Shown here: piece after piece, positions 52,404-61,456 of the stretch | Layout: every line of letters starts with the position of its first letter | Position numbering within the stretch: position 1 is the first letter of the stretch | NCBI GenBank assembly: GCA_964460385.1 | Contig: CAYWSR010000001.1 | Coordinates: forward strand, 381-64,380 | Direction of reading: 5' to 3' | DNA: 64,000 nt | Source of the DNA: an uncultured Terracidiphilus sp. | GTDB taxonomy: Bacteria; Acidobacteriota; Terriglobia; Terriglobales; Acidobacteriaceae | Translations under genes and position numbers: made by a program | Notes under the pieces: model-generated | Told to the model about the DNA's origin: nothing | What the model saw: only the letters and a program-made list of their open reading frames with translations | The model's database searches: none

Positions 52404-52676
52404 TCACTTCAAATAGGCACGCACCAGGTCGATAAGGTCCTCGCCAAGCTCGGGGGCGATCTGCTCTTTGGCGCCGTCGGTGAGGTGAAAACGGATGTGG
52501 GTTTCGAGGATCTCGCCCATCAGTCCGTTGACGCCACCGCGTACGGCGGCGAGGAGCATAAGCTGGCCGCCGCATTCCTCATTGGCGTTGAGCGAACGTT
52601 CGACGGCGTCGAGTTGGCCGCGGAGCTTGCGCACGCGCTGCAGGAGTTTGACCTTCTCTCGATCGAGGTGGGACAT
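52404..52676 (-). CDS. CsoR/RcnR family metal-sensing repressor (RcnR-like)
   Basis: MSH...C35...AAVRGGVNGLM...H60..H64, matching the RcnR H-C-H-H fingerprint. Confidence 0.88.
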   Translation of the reverse strand: MSHLDREKVKLLQRVRKLRGQLDAVERSLNANEECGGQLMLLAAVRGGVNGLMGEILETHIRFHLTDGAKEQIAPELGEDLIDLVRAYLK

Positions 52677-52689
52677 AGGGATTCTCCGG

Positions 52690-52746
52690 TTGACAATACC
52701 CATGGGGGGTATGGTACAAAAACCCCAGCATACCCAATGGGGGTAT
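52690..52746 (+). promoter_or_regulatory. Sigma70-type promoter with two CsoR/RcnR-type operators
   Basis: TTGACA..TACAAA with ATACCC-AT-GGGGGGTAT in the spacer; second site ATACCCAATGGGGGTAT at 52730-52746. Confidence 0.8.
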
Positions 52747-52814
52747 TGTTGCGCCTCCATTCTATCCCCCGCCGCCCCCAACCTATATAGCCCAGCCCGC
52801 ATCAAGGACAAAGA

Positions 52815-54365
52815 ATGCTCCGCGACACCGGCATGTTGAATCGAATCCGCACGCTTGGGTTGGGCGTCGCCTTTGCGCTGGCGCTCGTGCCGGCCTGCGG
52901 GCTGAGCCAGACGCCAGCGCCGCCGGATCCGGCTCAGTTGGTGAACGCGCCGGAGCCGCAGACCAAGCCCGTCCCCGCACCAAATTTGGCGGATTTGGGG
53001 ACGAATGCCCCGCCGGCCACGAATACCGACTCGGTGAACAGTGCTGCCCAGTCGAGTGACGACGCTCCCGAACCCACCGGCGTCGTAACCGTCTTTCCCC
53101 ACTCAAACACCAGGCGCTGGTGGATCTCAGGGCAAGGAAACGTCATTTTACAGTGGCATGGGGCGTTCCGGGCGCTCTACAGTGGGCCGAACAGCCTGAC
53201 CAACTGGGCGCAGAGCGCAACCACCCATGTCCTCACGCTTTATACGGGCTACCAGCTCACGCACACAACTGAAGTCTTCGCCGACCTCGAGGATGCCACC
53301 GGAAGCGGCATCGGAAACGCGAACGGCATGGCCGGCTACGCCAACTTGGACTCCGTGCGAATCGCCGATGGCGTTGCGCTGTCCAGGGCGCCTTACCTTG
53401 CCCGCTTTATGCTGCGACAGATCATCCCGCTTTCGCACGATACCGTCGAAGCGGACCGTGACGAGTTCCATCTCGCGACCCGGTTACCCGCGCGCCGGCT
53501 CGAATTCCGCATGGGCAAGTTCGACCTGGTCGATTTCTTCGATGTGAATACCTGGGGCAGCGACAGTCACCTCCAGTTCCTCAATTGGACTGTCGACGAC
53601 AACGGCGCGTACGATTACGCCGCCAACACGCGCGGGTATACCGACGGCGCTACGCTTGAATTCGACGATCGTTGGTGGACAGTACGTTTTGCCGAAGCCA
53701 TGATGCCCAAAACAGCGAATGGACGATTCCTGGACGCCGACATCGCCCGTGCGCGTGCTGAGAACCTCGAACTTGAAGCTCGCGGCAACCTCATCGCGCA
53801 TCGGGCCGGCACCATCCGTCTTCTCACCTATCTCAACCACGCCAACATGGGGAATTACGAAGATGCAATTCGAGCGTTTCTCAATCATGAAACTGCCACG
53901 CCGGATATCATCGCAACGCGGGTACAGGGACGCCACAAATATGGCTTCGGCCTGAACTTCGAGCAGACAATCACTCCCGAGGTGGGCGTCTTCGGCCGTG
54001 TGGGCTGGAGCGATGGCCGCAACGAGTCGTTCGCCTACACTGAAGACGACCGCACTGTGGAGCTGGGTGCAATGTTCCAGGGCAAGTTATGGCATCGCCG
54101 CAATGACAGGGTCGGAGTTGCAGCCGTTGGCAATGGAATTGTGGCCGCGCACCAGCAGTATCTTGCCCTCGGCGGCCTTGGCTTTATTCTTGGCGATGGT
54201 GGCCTCACCTACGGCCACGAGAAGATCGTTGAGACCTTCTACACTGCGCACCTTTGGCGCGGTTTCTATGGCTCTTACGACTTCCAGTACGCCGTCAATC
54301 CCGGCTATAACCAGGCGCGCGGACCCGTGGCCATCTCAGCTGTCCGATTCCATACAGACTTTTGA
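52815..54365 (+). CDS. OprB-like carbohydrate/metal porin (MnoP-like)
   Basis: Signal peptide; YSGPNSL, GAYDYAANTRGYT, GFILGDGGLTYGHEKIVE, NPGYNQARGP, terminal Phe. Confidence 0.85.
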   Translation: MLRDTGMLNRIRTLGLGVAFALALVPACGLSQTPAPPDPAQLVNAPEPQTKPVPAPNLADLGTNAPPATNTDSVNSAAQSSDDAPEPTGVVTVFPHSNTRRWWISGQGNVILQWHGAFRALYSGPNSLTNWAQSATTHVLTLYTGYQLTHTTEVFADLEDATGSGIGNANGMAGYANLDSVRIADGVALSRAPYLARFMLRQIIPLSHDTVEADRDEFHLATRLPARRLEFRMGKFDLVDFFDVNTWGSDSHLQFLNWTVDDNGAYDYAANTRGYTDGATLEFDDRWWTVRFAEAMMPKTANGRFLDADIARARAENLELEARGNLIAHRAGTIRLLTYLNHANMGNYEDAIRAFLNHETATPDIIATRVQGRHKYGFGLNFEQTITPEVGVFGRVGWSDGRNESFAYTEDDRTVELGAMFQGKLWHRRNDRVGVAAVGNGIVAAHQQYLALGGLGFILGDGGLTYGHEKIVETFYTAHLWRGFYGSYDFQYAVNPGYNQARGPVAISAVRFHTDF

Positions 54366-54490
54366 CTCGCCACGGCAAGCCGCATGAGCGCGTGCCGCCA
54401 GAAGTCAATCGATGAAGCCGACCCTCGCGTGACTGCCATCACTCAAGGTCGTTTGACCGGACATTTTTGTCAGAATCTGGCATTTCTCAA

Positions 54491-54520
54491 TTGACAATAC
54501 CCTATGGGGGTATGGTACAA
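54491..54520 (+). promoter_or_regulatory. Duplicate promoter with CsoR/RcnR-type operator
   Basis: TTGACAATACCCTATGGGGGTATGGTACAA, 28/30 identical to 52690-52719. Confidence 0.8.
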
Positions 54521-54825
54521 ACACAATGCAGGCGGTTCTCCGCCTTGCAGGAGAATTATGAGCATCGAATCCGCACAAGAACCCCCGAGTATCTGGAGTT
54601 CTTTCCTGTGTCGTGATGTGCGCTCTGGAAACCGCCTTTAGCCTGGCTAGCGACGATTCCCAAACCGCTCTTCACGATGTACGACCCGTGAATTGAGCGT
54701 GTGAGCCGCCGGTTGAAAGCCTGACTCACCCTCCCGAACCAACAGTCCGTTGCGCCAAGTCCGGCCGAACTGCGTTCTGACGCGTTCCGATCGAACGACC
54801 ACGCACGACTGCACGAGGAGGAATC

Positions 54826-54999
54826 ATGAAGAACACTCTCTACCTGGTCCAGAATCCTGTTTTTCTGACCTGCAAATGGGCGCCTGCGGGCAATCCAAAA
54901 ATGCCCCTCACATGCGTCTGGACGGGATCGAAGCCCGCCCAGGCCCCTTCAACTGCATCCTCCCCGGACGAATCCGGGAGGATGCACCTGTGCGCTTAG
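54826..54999 (+). CDS. 57-aa Cys/Trp small protein (not in ORF track)
   Basis: GAGGAGG RBS; MKNTLYLVQNPVFLTCKWAPAGNPKMPLTCVWTGSKPAQAPSTASSPDESGRMHLCA. Confidence 0.6.
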   Translation: MKNTLYLVQNPVFLTCKWAPAGNPKMPLTCVWTGSKPAQAPSTASSPDESGRMHLCA

Positions 55000-55071
55000 G
55001 TGAAACTTATGGAAAGGCATCGAAAAGCCGGTTAACCTGAAATCGACTGGAAGGTGGCTGGGAGGGTCTCC

Positions 55072-56472
55072 ATGATTCTCAAACAGTACTATCTGGGTTG
55101 CCTGGCGCATGCCTCCTACCTGCTTGGAGACGAAGCCAGCTCGACTGCGATCGTGGTCGATCCTCAGCGCGATATCGAAAAGTACCTAGCCGACGCGGAA
55201 GGATTCGGACTCAAGATCCGCCACGTTTTCTTGACGCACTTCCATGCAGACTTCCTCGCCGGACATCTCGAACTGCGCGATCGCTGCGGCGCTCAGATTC
55301 ACCTGGGCAGCCGCGCTGAAGCAGAATATGCCTTTGTGCCGATGGCGGATGGCGACACGCTCGAGTTTCCTGGCATGCGCTTGCAGGTGTTGGAAACGCC
55401 GGGGCACACCATCGAGTCAATCTCGATTCTCGTGTTCGATCTGGAGAAGAGCCAGGCTGAGCCGCACGCGGTGCTCACCGGAGATACGCTGTTCATTGGC
55501 GACGTGGGTCGCCCTGATCTGCGCGCTTCGCTGGGATGGACCGCCAACGAACTCGGCGGGCATCTCTACGATTCCCTGCACTTGAAGCTGCTGGCGCTGC
55601 CCGACGAGACGCTGGTCTATCCGGCGCATGGCGCAGGGTCGCTTTGCGGCAAGAAGCTCTCCTCCGACACGGTTTCTTCGCTCGGAGAGCAGCGGCGTAT
55701 GAATTACGCGCTGCAACCAATGTCAAAGGAAGAGTTCATTCGCCTGGTCACGGCCGACCAGCCGGATGCTCCGCAGTACTTTACCTTCGATGCCATTCTC
55801 AACACACGTGAGCGCGCAACGCTCGACAGAACCCTCGAAAAGGTTCTGCAACCTGTTGCGCTGGACGAAGTGATCCGCCTGGGAGACGCTGGCGCGCAGG
55901 TGCTGGATGTACGGGAACCGGCAGAGTTTGCCAAAGGGCACTTGGCGGGCAGCGTCAACATCGGACTCGGCGGCCAATATGCTACGTGGGCCGGCACACT
56001 GCTCGATCGCGCTAAGCCGATTGTGATCGTTGCCGAGCCAGGTCGGGAGTACGAGGCTGCATTACGCCTGGGCCGCATCGGATTCGATCATGTCATGGGT
56101 TATCTCGACGGAGGCATGGCTGCCCTGGCGGCGAGGCCCGATCTTGTGTGGCCCACCGAACGCGTAAGCGCGGCAATGGTTGCCGAGGAGTTGGCGGGCA
56201 CCGATCCGCCGCTGGTGCTCGATATCCGGAATCCCGGCGAATGGCAGACCAGGCATATACCCGAGAGCCTGAATATTCCCCTGAACCAAATCCAGGAACG
56301 CATCGCGGAGGTCCCTCGCGGACGCCGCATCGCCGTCCACTGCGCAGGCGGCTACCGCTCTTCGATTGCGGCGAGCATTCTGCACCAGCACGGGATTACG
56401 AACCTGATTGAGATGGCGGGCGGGCTGGCCGCATGGGATGCGGCCAAACTGCCAGCGGTCTCGGAAGCCTGA
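55072..56472 (+). CDS. MBL-fold persulfide dioxygenase-like protein fused to two rhodanese domains
   Basis: THFHADF, TPGHT, TGDTLFIGDVGRPDL, PAHGAGSLCG; rhodanese domains ending HCAGGYRS. Confidence 0.9.
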   Translation: MILKQYYLGCLAHASYLLGDEASSTAIVVDPQRDIEKYLADAEGFGLKIRHVFLTHFHADFLAGHLELRDRCGAQIHLGSRAEAEYAFVPMADGDTLEFPGMRLQVLETPGHTIESISILVFDLEKSQAEPHAVLTGDTLFIGDVGRPDLRASLGWTANELGGHLYDSLHLKLLALPDETLVYPAHGAGSLCGKKLSSDTVSSLGEQRRMNYALQPMSKEEFIRLVTADQPDAPQYFTFDAILNTRERATLDRTLEKVLQPVALDEVIRLGDAGAQVLDVREPAEFAKGHLAGSVNIGLGGQYATWAGTLLDRAKPIVIVAEPGREYEAALRLGRIGFDHVMGYLDGGMAALAARPDLVWPTERVSAAMVAEELAGTDPPLVLDIRNPGEWQTRHIPESLNIPLNQIQERIAEVPRGRRIAVHCAGGYRSSIAASILHQHGITNLIEMAGGLAAWDAAKLPAVSEA

Positions 56473-56554
56473 CGGTTCAACAGAATTCGACCATTCGCCG
56501 AACAGGCTGGCATTGCCGATAATCGTTGCAGCAGTGCTTCTGCCTGGAGGCAGC

Positions 56555-56875
56555 GTGACGGAACAGGATATTGTCGCGATGTGCGAGGCGGTCGACGCCG
56601 GAACACTGTCGGTGGAGTTGCTGGGCGGTCAGACCTGGGACGAGGCTTATTCCGGGAACATGCAATTCCGGTTTGCCAACGGCTTCGGGCTGCTCGTCTT
56701 CAATGACTGCGGCGAATGGGACTACATCGACTCGTACATCGCGCCCGACGGAACGGAAACGGAGGTGGATTGGTTTGACGCTCCGTTGTTGCTGGACTGG
56801 GAGCCGAAGCATTTCGCCCGCTGGGGGATCACGACCGGGTATCTGAATAAGCCACTCCCGGCCGATCAGCTTTGA
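56555..56875 (+). CDS. Hypothetical acidic protein
   Basis: GGAGG RBS before GTG; FNDCGEWDYID. Confidence 0.55.
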   Translation: MTEQDIVAMCEAVDAGTLSVELLGGQTWDEAYSGNMQFRFANGFGLLVFNDCGEWDYIDSYIAPDGTETEVDWFDAPLLLDWEPKHFARWGITTGYLNKPLPADQL

Positions 56876-56916
56876 AATAAGGGCCGCTCGATTCTTGATC
56901 GAGTGGTGAACGGCTC

Positions 56917-57330
56917 CTATTTCTTCGGGTCGATAGCGGGCGCAGTCTGCGTCTTGTCCGATTTCTCCGCCGGCAGCGCCACGATCACTTCGTCGGGTTT
57001 GGCGTAGTGCAGCGTCTGACGAGCCGCGATCATGATGGTGTCGGGGTCGGACCGGAGATGCTCGATGCGATCGCGCAGGCGGGAGTTCTCCTGGTTCAGG
57101 TCCTGGATCTCGCGCTGCAGCTGCTTGTCTTCCGCGCGCTTTTCCAGCCAGACGTTTAGGCCGTGCTTGCCGTTGATGACGTGCCAGGTCAGCAGCAGAG
57201 CGAGAGCGAAGGCGACCAGTGTGCCGGCAGGACGCCAGACACGGCGGCCCAGCTCGAGGGCGCGCTCTGAGACTGGCTCCTTTGCGCGTTTGCCGTTCTT
57301 CGCGGCGACGTTGGCGTTTTGCTCGTGCAT
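56917..57330 (-). CDS. ftsB: Septum formation initiator FtsB/DivIC
   Basis: TM, GKHG, coiled coil, ARQTLHYAKPDE. Confidence 0.8.
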   Translation of the reverse strand: MHEQNANVAAKNGKRAKEPVSERALELGRRVWRPAGTLVAFALALLLTWHVINGKHGLNVWLEKRAEDKQLQREIQDLNQENSRLRDRIEHLRSDPDTIMIAARQTLHYAKPDEVIVALPAEKSDKTQTAPAIDPKK

Positions 57331-57341
57331 GGTTGCCTCAC

Positions 57342-58751
57342 TCAGGAGAGAACAAAACTCTTTGCGGCCGCGCTCAAGGATTCCATGTCGTGCTCGCTGC
57401 GCGCTTCCACATAGGCGCGCACAACGGGCTCGGTTCCGGAGATCCGGTAGCAAACCCAGGAGCCGTCCTCGAGGATGACCTTGAGGCCGTCCTTGCGAAC
57501 CACGCTGGTGACCTTGCGCCCGCCGAGCTCCGTAGGATCGGCCTTCAACTTCTGAGTGAACGCGGCTTTCCCCTCGCGGGTCAAGCGGAAGTTCTCGCGA
57601 ACGGGATAAAAGGAACCAACCTTGGCAAACAGCTCCTTGAGCTGCGTGCCCAGGCTCTTGCCGCGGGTGGCCACCATCTCCGCCACCAGCAGCCCGGCAA
57701 TCACACCGTCTTTCTCCGGGACGTGGCCGCGAATGGTGAGGCCGGCGGACTCTTCGCCGCCGATCGCGATCTTGTCCGCAATGATGAGCTCGCCGATGTA
57801 CTTGAAGCCCACGGGCGTCTCGTAGAGATGCACCTTGTGATATTCGGCAACGGCGTTGATGAGGTTGGTGGTGGCCACGCTCTTGGCCACGCCGTTCTTC
57901 CAGCCACGGGTCTCGACGAGGTAGTCGAAGAGAAGGGCAATGACGTAGTTTGGCTGGATAAACGTGCCGTCCCCATCGACGATGCCAAAGCGGTCGGCGT
58001 CGCCATCGGTTGCGATGCCGAGAGCCGCGCCGATCTCTTTCATTTTGGCCCTGGCATCGCCGAGAAGATGGTCGTCGGGCTCGGGGGCATGCCCGCCGAA
58101 GAGGACATCGCGATAGTCGTGGACGGTTTCGACTGTGACCCCTGCCTGGCGAAGGGCGTGGCAACTGTACCCTCGGCCTGCGCCCCAGAAGGGATCGAAG
58201 ACCACCTTGATTCCCGATTTGGCGACGGCATTCAGGTCGACCAGCTCGGCGAGGCGGGCAAGGAAGGCCGGCTTCACGTCGACTTGCTCGAAGTCGGCGG
58301 CCGATTTGGTCGATGAGGCGACGCTGCCGCCCGCGGCGACCAGGGATGCGATGGCAGCCTCAATCTGCTTCGTCACTGCAGGCAGGGCCGGCGCGCCGTC
58401 ATGCGTCGAGAACTTGATGCCGTTGTATTCGGGCGGATTGTGCGAGGCCGTGAAGTTGATGGCGCCGGAGGTCTTGAGGGTCTGAACGGCATAAGCGATG
58501 GCGGGCGTGGGCGCGACGTGAGGAATGACGATGGGCGTTACGCCGGCGGCGTCGAGCACCTGGGCAGCGACTTCGACAAAGCGTTCGCCGAGAAATCGCG
58601 GGTCGCGGCCGACGAGCACGCGATGGGGCGCGGGTTGGGTTTTGACATATGCGGCGATGCCGGCCACCGCCAGCCGGATATTGGCGATGGTAAAGTCTCC
58701 GGCAACAATCGACCTCCACCCGGAGGTGCCAAATTTAATGGTTGTGCTCAT
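57342..58751 (-). CDS. Phosphoglucomutase/phosphomannomutase
   Basis: FGTSGWR, TASHNP, DGDADR, GGEES, RISGTEP. Confidence 0.95.
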   Translation of the reverse strand: MSTTIKFGTSGWRSIVAGDFTIANIRLAVAGIAAYVKTQPAPHRVLVGRDPRFLGERFVEVAAQVLDAAGVTPIVIPHVAPTPAIAYAVQTLKTSGAINFTASHNPPEYNGIKFSTHDGAPALPAVTKQIEAAIASLVAAGGSVASSTKSAADFEQVDVKPAFLARLAELVDLNAVAKSGIKVVFDPFWGAGRGYSCHALRQAGVTVETVHDYRDVLFGGHAPEPDDHLLGDARAKMKEIGAALGIATDGDADRFGIVDGDGTFIQPNYVIALLFDYLVETRGWKNGVAKSVATTNLINAVAEYHKVHLYETPVGFKYIGELIIADKIAIGGEESAGLTIRGHVPEKDGVIAGLLVAEMVATRGKSLGTQLKELFAKVGSFYPVRENFRLTREGKAAFTQKLKADPTELGGRKVTSVVRKDGLKVILEDGSWVCYRISGTEPVVRAYVEARSEHDMESLSAAAKSFVLS

Positions 58752-58920
58752 GATGCCTTCTCTCCGGAAGCGCCCTTCCGCCGACCCGTCTGGAAGCAAT
58801 GTTTCACCGCCAAAGTCCATACTGCCTTACCTGAATGGAGTCGGCAAGTTCAGGCCTTAGAAATAGGCCTGCAATGCCGGATTCACTGCAAGAAAGAAAC
58901 CCTTGGGCCATTGTTTCTTC

Positions 58921-58976
58921 CTCGTTCCAACCCCGTTCGTTCCAGTTCCGTTCGCATCAGTCCGGTTCGTTCCGGC
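58921..58976. repeat. Imperfect 15-bp tandem repeat (about 4 units)
   Basis: CTCGTTCCAACCCCG TTCGTTCCAGTTCCG TTCGCATCAGTCCGG TTCGTTCCGG. Confidence 0.5.
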
Positions 58977-59010
58977 GAGAGGACGGACGAAAAAATCCTC
59001 GCATTCCGAC

Positions 59011-59069
59011 TTGACAAGCCAAAAGGGCAGGCGCATGATTGACCCATTCTAGTTTGCATCACAAACTAG
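59011..59069 (+). promoter_or_regulatory. Promoter plus palindromic operator
   Basis: TTGACA-17 nt-CATGAT, then CTAGTTTG-CATCA-CAAACTAG (59049-59069). Confidence 0.7.
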
Positions 59070-59088
59070 TCTGCGAACGGAGAACGAC

Positions 59089-59736
59089 ATGAACGAAACA
59101 TCGTCCCGCCTTTTTGAAGAAAGTTCGGAAAGAATCGCCGGCCGTCTCATGCAGAAGGCGCATAACCAGGATGGATTGCCTGAGATCGCCATCGGAGTTG
59201 TTTTCCTGGCTCTCGCCGTGGTGTGTTGGCTCCCGACCGCAGTCCAGCCACGATCTCCAGCCTATGTAGCAGCCATCTGCGGCCAGGCGCTGCTGATTCC
59301 AATTCTCTGCCTCCGATTGCCATGGGCCATCAAAACGGTGCGCAGGAAGTTCCTGATCGAGAGGGAGGGCTACGTCGAATCAAGACCGGCCAATCGCAAG
59401 TACGTCGCGATCGTTATCGCCATTGCGATTGCGTTTGGCATCGCTGGAGTTTTTGCGGCGTTCCGCGGATCGTTCCCGCCGGCGAGTTGGGTGCTCGGGG
59501 CAACCGGGATCGGCGGCGGTGTGCTGGCCGCGATTGCTGGAAAGCTGCCACGATTCATCACCGGCGGCGCAGTAATGGCGGTGACGGGCCTTGTTCTCGC
59601 GTTCAGCGCGGTCTCACTGGCGACGGGCTTCGCCATCCTCTACGGCCTGATGGGCGCCTTGTCGCTGCTCTCAGGCTGCGTGGTCTTCCTGCACTTCCTG
59701 CACTTCATGCGCCTGCCGGCTGAGCCGGGAGAGTGA
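59089..59736 (+). CDS. Multi-pass membrane protein
   Basis: QDGLPEI, about six TMs; cotranscribed with wHTH regulator. Confidence 0.75.
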   Translation: MNETSSRLFEESSERIAGRLMQKAHNQDGLPEIAIGVVFLALAVVCWLPTAVQPRSPAYVAAICGQALLIPILCLRLPWAIKTVRRKFLIEREGYVESRPANRKYVAIVIAIAIAFGIAGVFAAFRGSFPPASWVLGATGIGGGVLAAIAGKLPRFITGGAVMAVTGLVLAFSAVSLATGFAILYGLMGALSLLSGCVVFLHFLHFMRLPAEPGE

Positions 59737-59737
59737 G

Positions 59738-60034
59738 ATGAGCGCGAAGATTCAGCGACTCGCCGAGATCGACCGCGTCATCCACGAGCCGGGGCGCTTG
59801 ATGATCGTCGCCCTGCTGGCCGCCGTCGAAGAAGCCGACTTCCAGTACCTGCGCCAGACCACAGGCCTCACCCAGGGCAATCTCAGCGCGCACCTCACCA
59901 AACTTGACGAGGCGGGTTACATCGCCATCGAGAAGACATTTCGGGGCAAGTATCCGCTCACTCTCTGCCGCCTGACCGAGCGCGGCAAAGAGGTGCTCGA
60001 CAACTACCGCAAGGTCATCAAAGCGGCACTCTGA
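59738..60034 (+). CDS. Winged-helix transcriptional regulator (ArsR/MarR-like)
   Basis: IDRVIHEPGRL..LTQGNLSAHLTKLDEAGYI..LTERG. Confidence 0.9.
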   Translation: MSAKIQRLAEIDRVIHEPGRLMIVALLAAVEEADFQYLRQTTGLTQGNLSAHLTKLDEAGYIAIEKTFRGKYPLTLCRLTERGKEVLDNYRKVIKAAL

Positions 60035-60099
60035 TTGATGGGCGCAGAGCCGCGGCCTTCGCTGTACACTGGCCGTGACATTTTCGCCGGAGAGTGCCC

Positions 60100-60447
60100 A
60101 TGACCGACTCGCCCACTCCATTCCGCCTCGTTCTTACCACTGCATCGAGTCCCGGCGCAGCCAGCCGCCTGGCACGCACGCTGGTCGAGGAGCGGCTTGC
60201 TGCGTGCGCGACTCTTCTGCCCGGAGCGACGTCGATCTATCGCTGGAAGGGCCAGATCGAGACGGCGGATGAGGTTATGCTGCTGCTGAAGACGACCGAA
60301 GAACAGGTGGGCGCGCTGGAGAAACGCCTCAAGGAGCTGCACAGCTATGAGACGCCAGAGTTCCTGGTGCTCAAGGTCGACGGCGGCAGCGCCGAGTATC
60401 TTGCGTGGCTGCAATCTTCGGTTGGGAGTTCGCCAGAAGTGAGCTGA
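60100..60447 (+). CDS. cutA: Divalent-cation tolerance protein CutA
   Basis: LVEERLAAC, SIYRWKG, HSYETPE. Confidence 0.93.
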   Translation: MTDSPTPFRLVLTTASSPGAASRLARTLVEERLAACATLLPGATSIYRWKGQIETADEVMLLLKTTEEQVGALEKRLKELHSYETPEFLVLKVDGGSAEYLAWLQSSVGSSPEVS

Positions 60448-60546
60448 CAAAGGCGAAGGACGGCGCGGGATGAAGGGCGCCCCGTCTGATATTCTGACCC
60501 TTGGCGGATTACCGATTCTTGCATTCCTTGCAACGCGCAGGCAGGG

Positions 60547-60756
60547 TTGCACCCCCAGGGAACCGGCCGCATAGAGGCCCTCGTGCGCTGGTTAATGATC
60601 GCACTTCTCGTGTCTTTGGTTGGACTGCTGGCAGCAGCCCTTGGAATGGCACGTCACATTTGGGTACGGCGCTCACAGAAACGCCGCGATCTCGGCGCGC
60701 AGACTGAACAGGAAGCTGAAATGGCTGAAGAAGCCGAGTCGGAAGTTGAACTGTAA
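60547..60756 (+). CDS. Small single-pass membrane protein
   Basis: TM, then basic, then acidic tail. Confidence 0.5.
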   Translation: MHPQGTGRIEALVRWLMIALLVSLVGLLAAALGMARHIWVRRSQKRRDLGAQTEQEAEMAEEAESEVEL

Positions 60757-60774
60757 GCGGGACAAGGGGACACT

Positions 60775-61416
60775 TTGAACAAAGAATTCTCAGCAGACTT
60801 CTCCCCGGAGATTGCATCTACGGACGCTGGGTCAGCAAGTCGCGTGGCCCAGGACTACGAGTCAGGCACTCGCGTGACATTCGGTCTTCGCTCCGCCGGC
60901 ATTGCGGTGGCCGGCAGCGCGGTCGTGGCCTTGTGCGCGCACGTGGCGCTGCCGCTGAGCTTTACGCCGGTGCCGATGACGCTGCAACCGTTGGCCGTGT
61001 TGGTTCTGGGGCTGCTGCTTGCGCCGGAGCTCGCAGCGGCTACGCTGGCGCTCTATCTGGCAGAGGGAGCGCTGGGGCTTCCGGTGTTTGCGCCGGGCCT
61101 GCCGGCCACGGCGGGGCTGGTACACCTGCTGGGTCCGACAGGCGGTTATCTCATGGCCTATCCGGCAGCCGCGGCACTTGCGTCCTGGCTGTATCGGCGC
61201 ACGGGCCGCGGGTTTGGCTCGGGCTTGCTGAGCGCCGGCGCCGCGCTGGCCCTGGTCTTCGCTTGCGGCGCAGCGTGGCTGGCCGTATGGACTCACGGTT
61301 CGGTCCAGACCGTCCTCGCGCAGGCGGTGTTGCCGTTTCTTCCGGGCGCAGGACTGAACATTGCAGCAGCCGCAGCGGTGGCTCGCGGGTGCGAGCGCCT
61401 GCGCCGCGTCCGCTAA
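60775..61416 (+). CDS. bioY: Biotin transporter BioY
   Basis: PVPMTLQ, GLPVFA, GPTGGYL, VLPFLPG. Confidence 0.92.
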   Translation: MNKEFSADFSPEIASTDAGSASRVAQDYESGTRVTFGLRSAGIAVAGSAVVALCAHVALPLSFTPVPMTLQPLAVLVLGLLLAPELAAATLALYLAEGALGLPVFAPGLPATAGLVHLLGPTGGYLMAYPAAAALASWLYRRTGRGFGSGLLSAGAALALVFACGAAWLAVWTHGSVQTVLAQAVLPFLPGAGLNIAAAAAVARGCERLRRVR

Positions 61417-61456
61417 GCGCTTCCCTGCCCCATCGACCTGAAAGGACTCTCCGAAA

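Noticed and set aside
56917-58164. 415-aa ORF apparently extending ftsB
   Set aside because: The extension is an alternative frame over the phosphoglucomutase gene; the FtsB-like part starts at ATG 57330.
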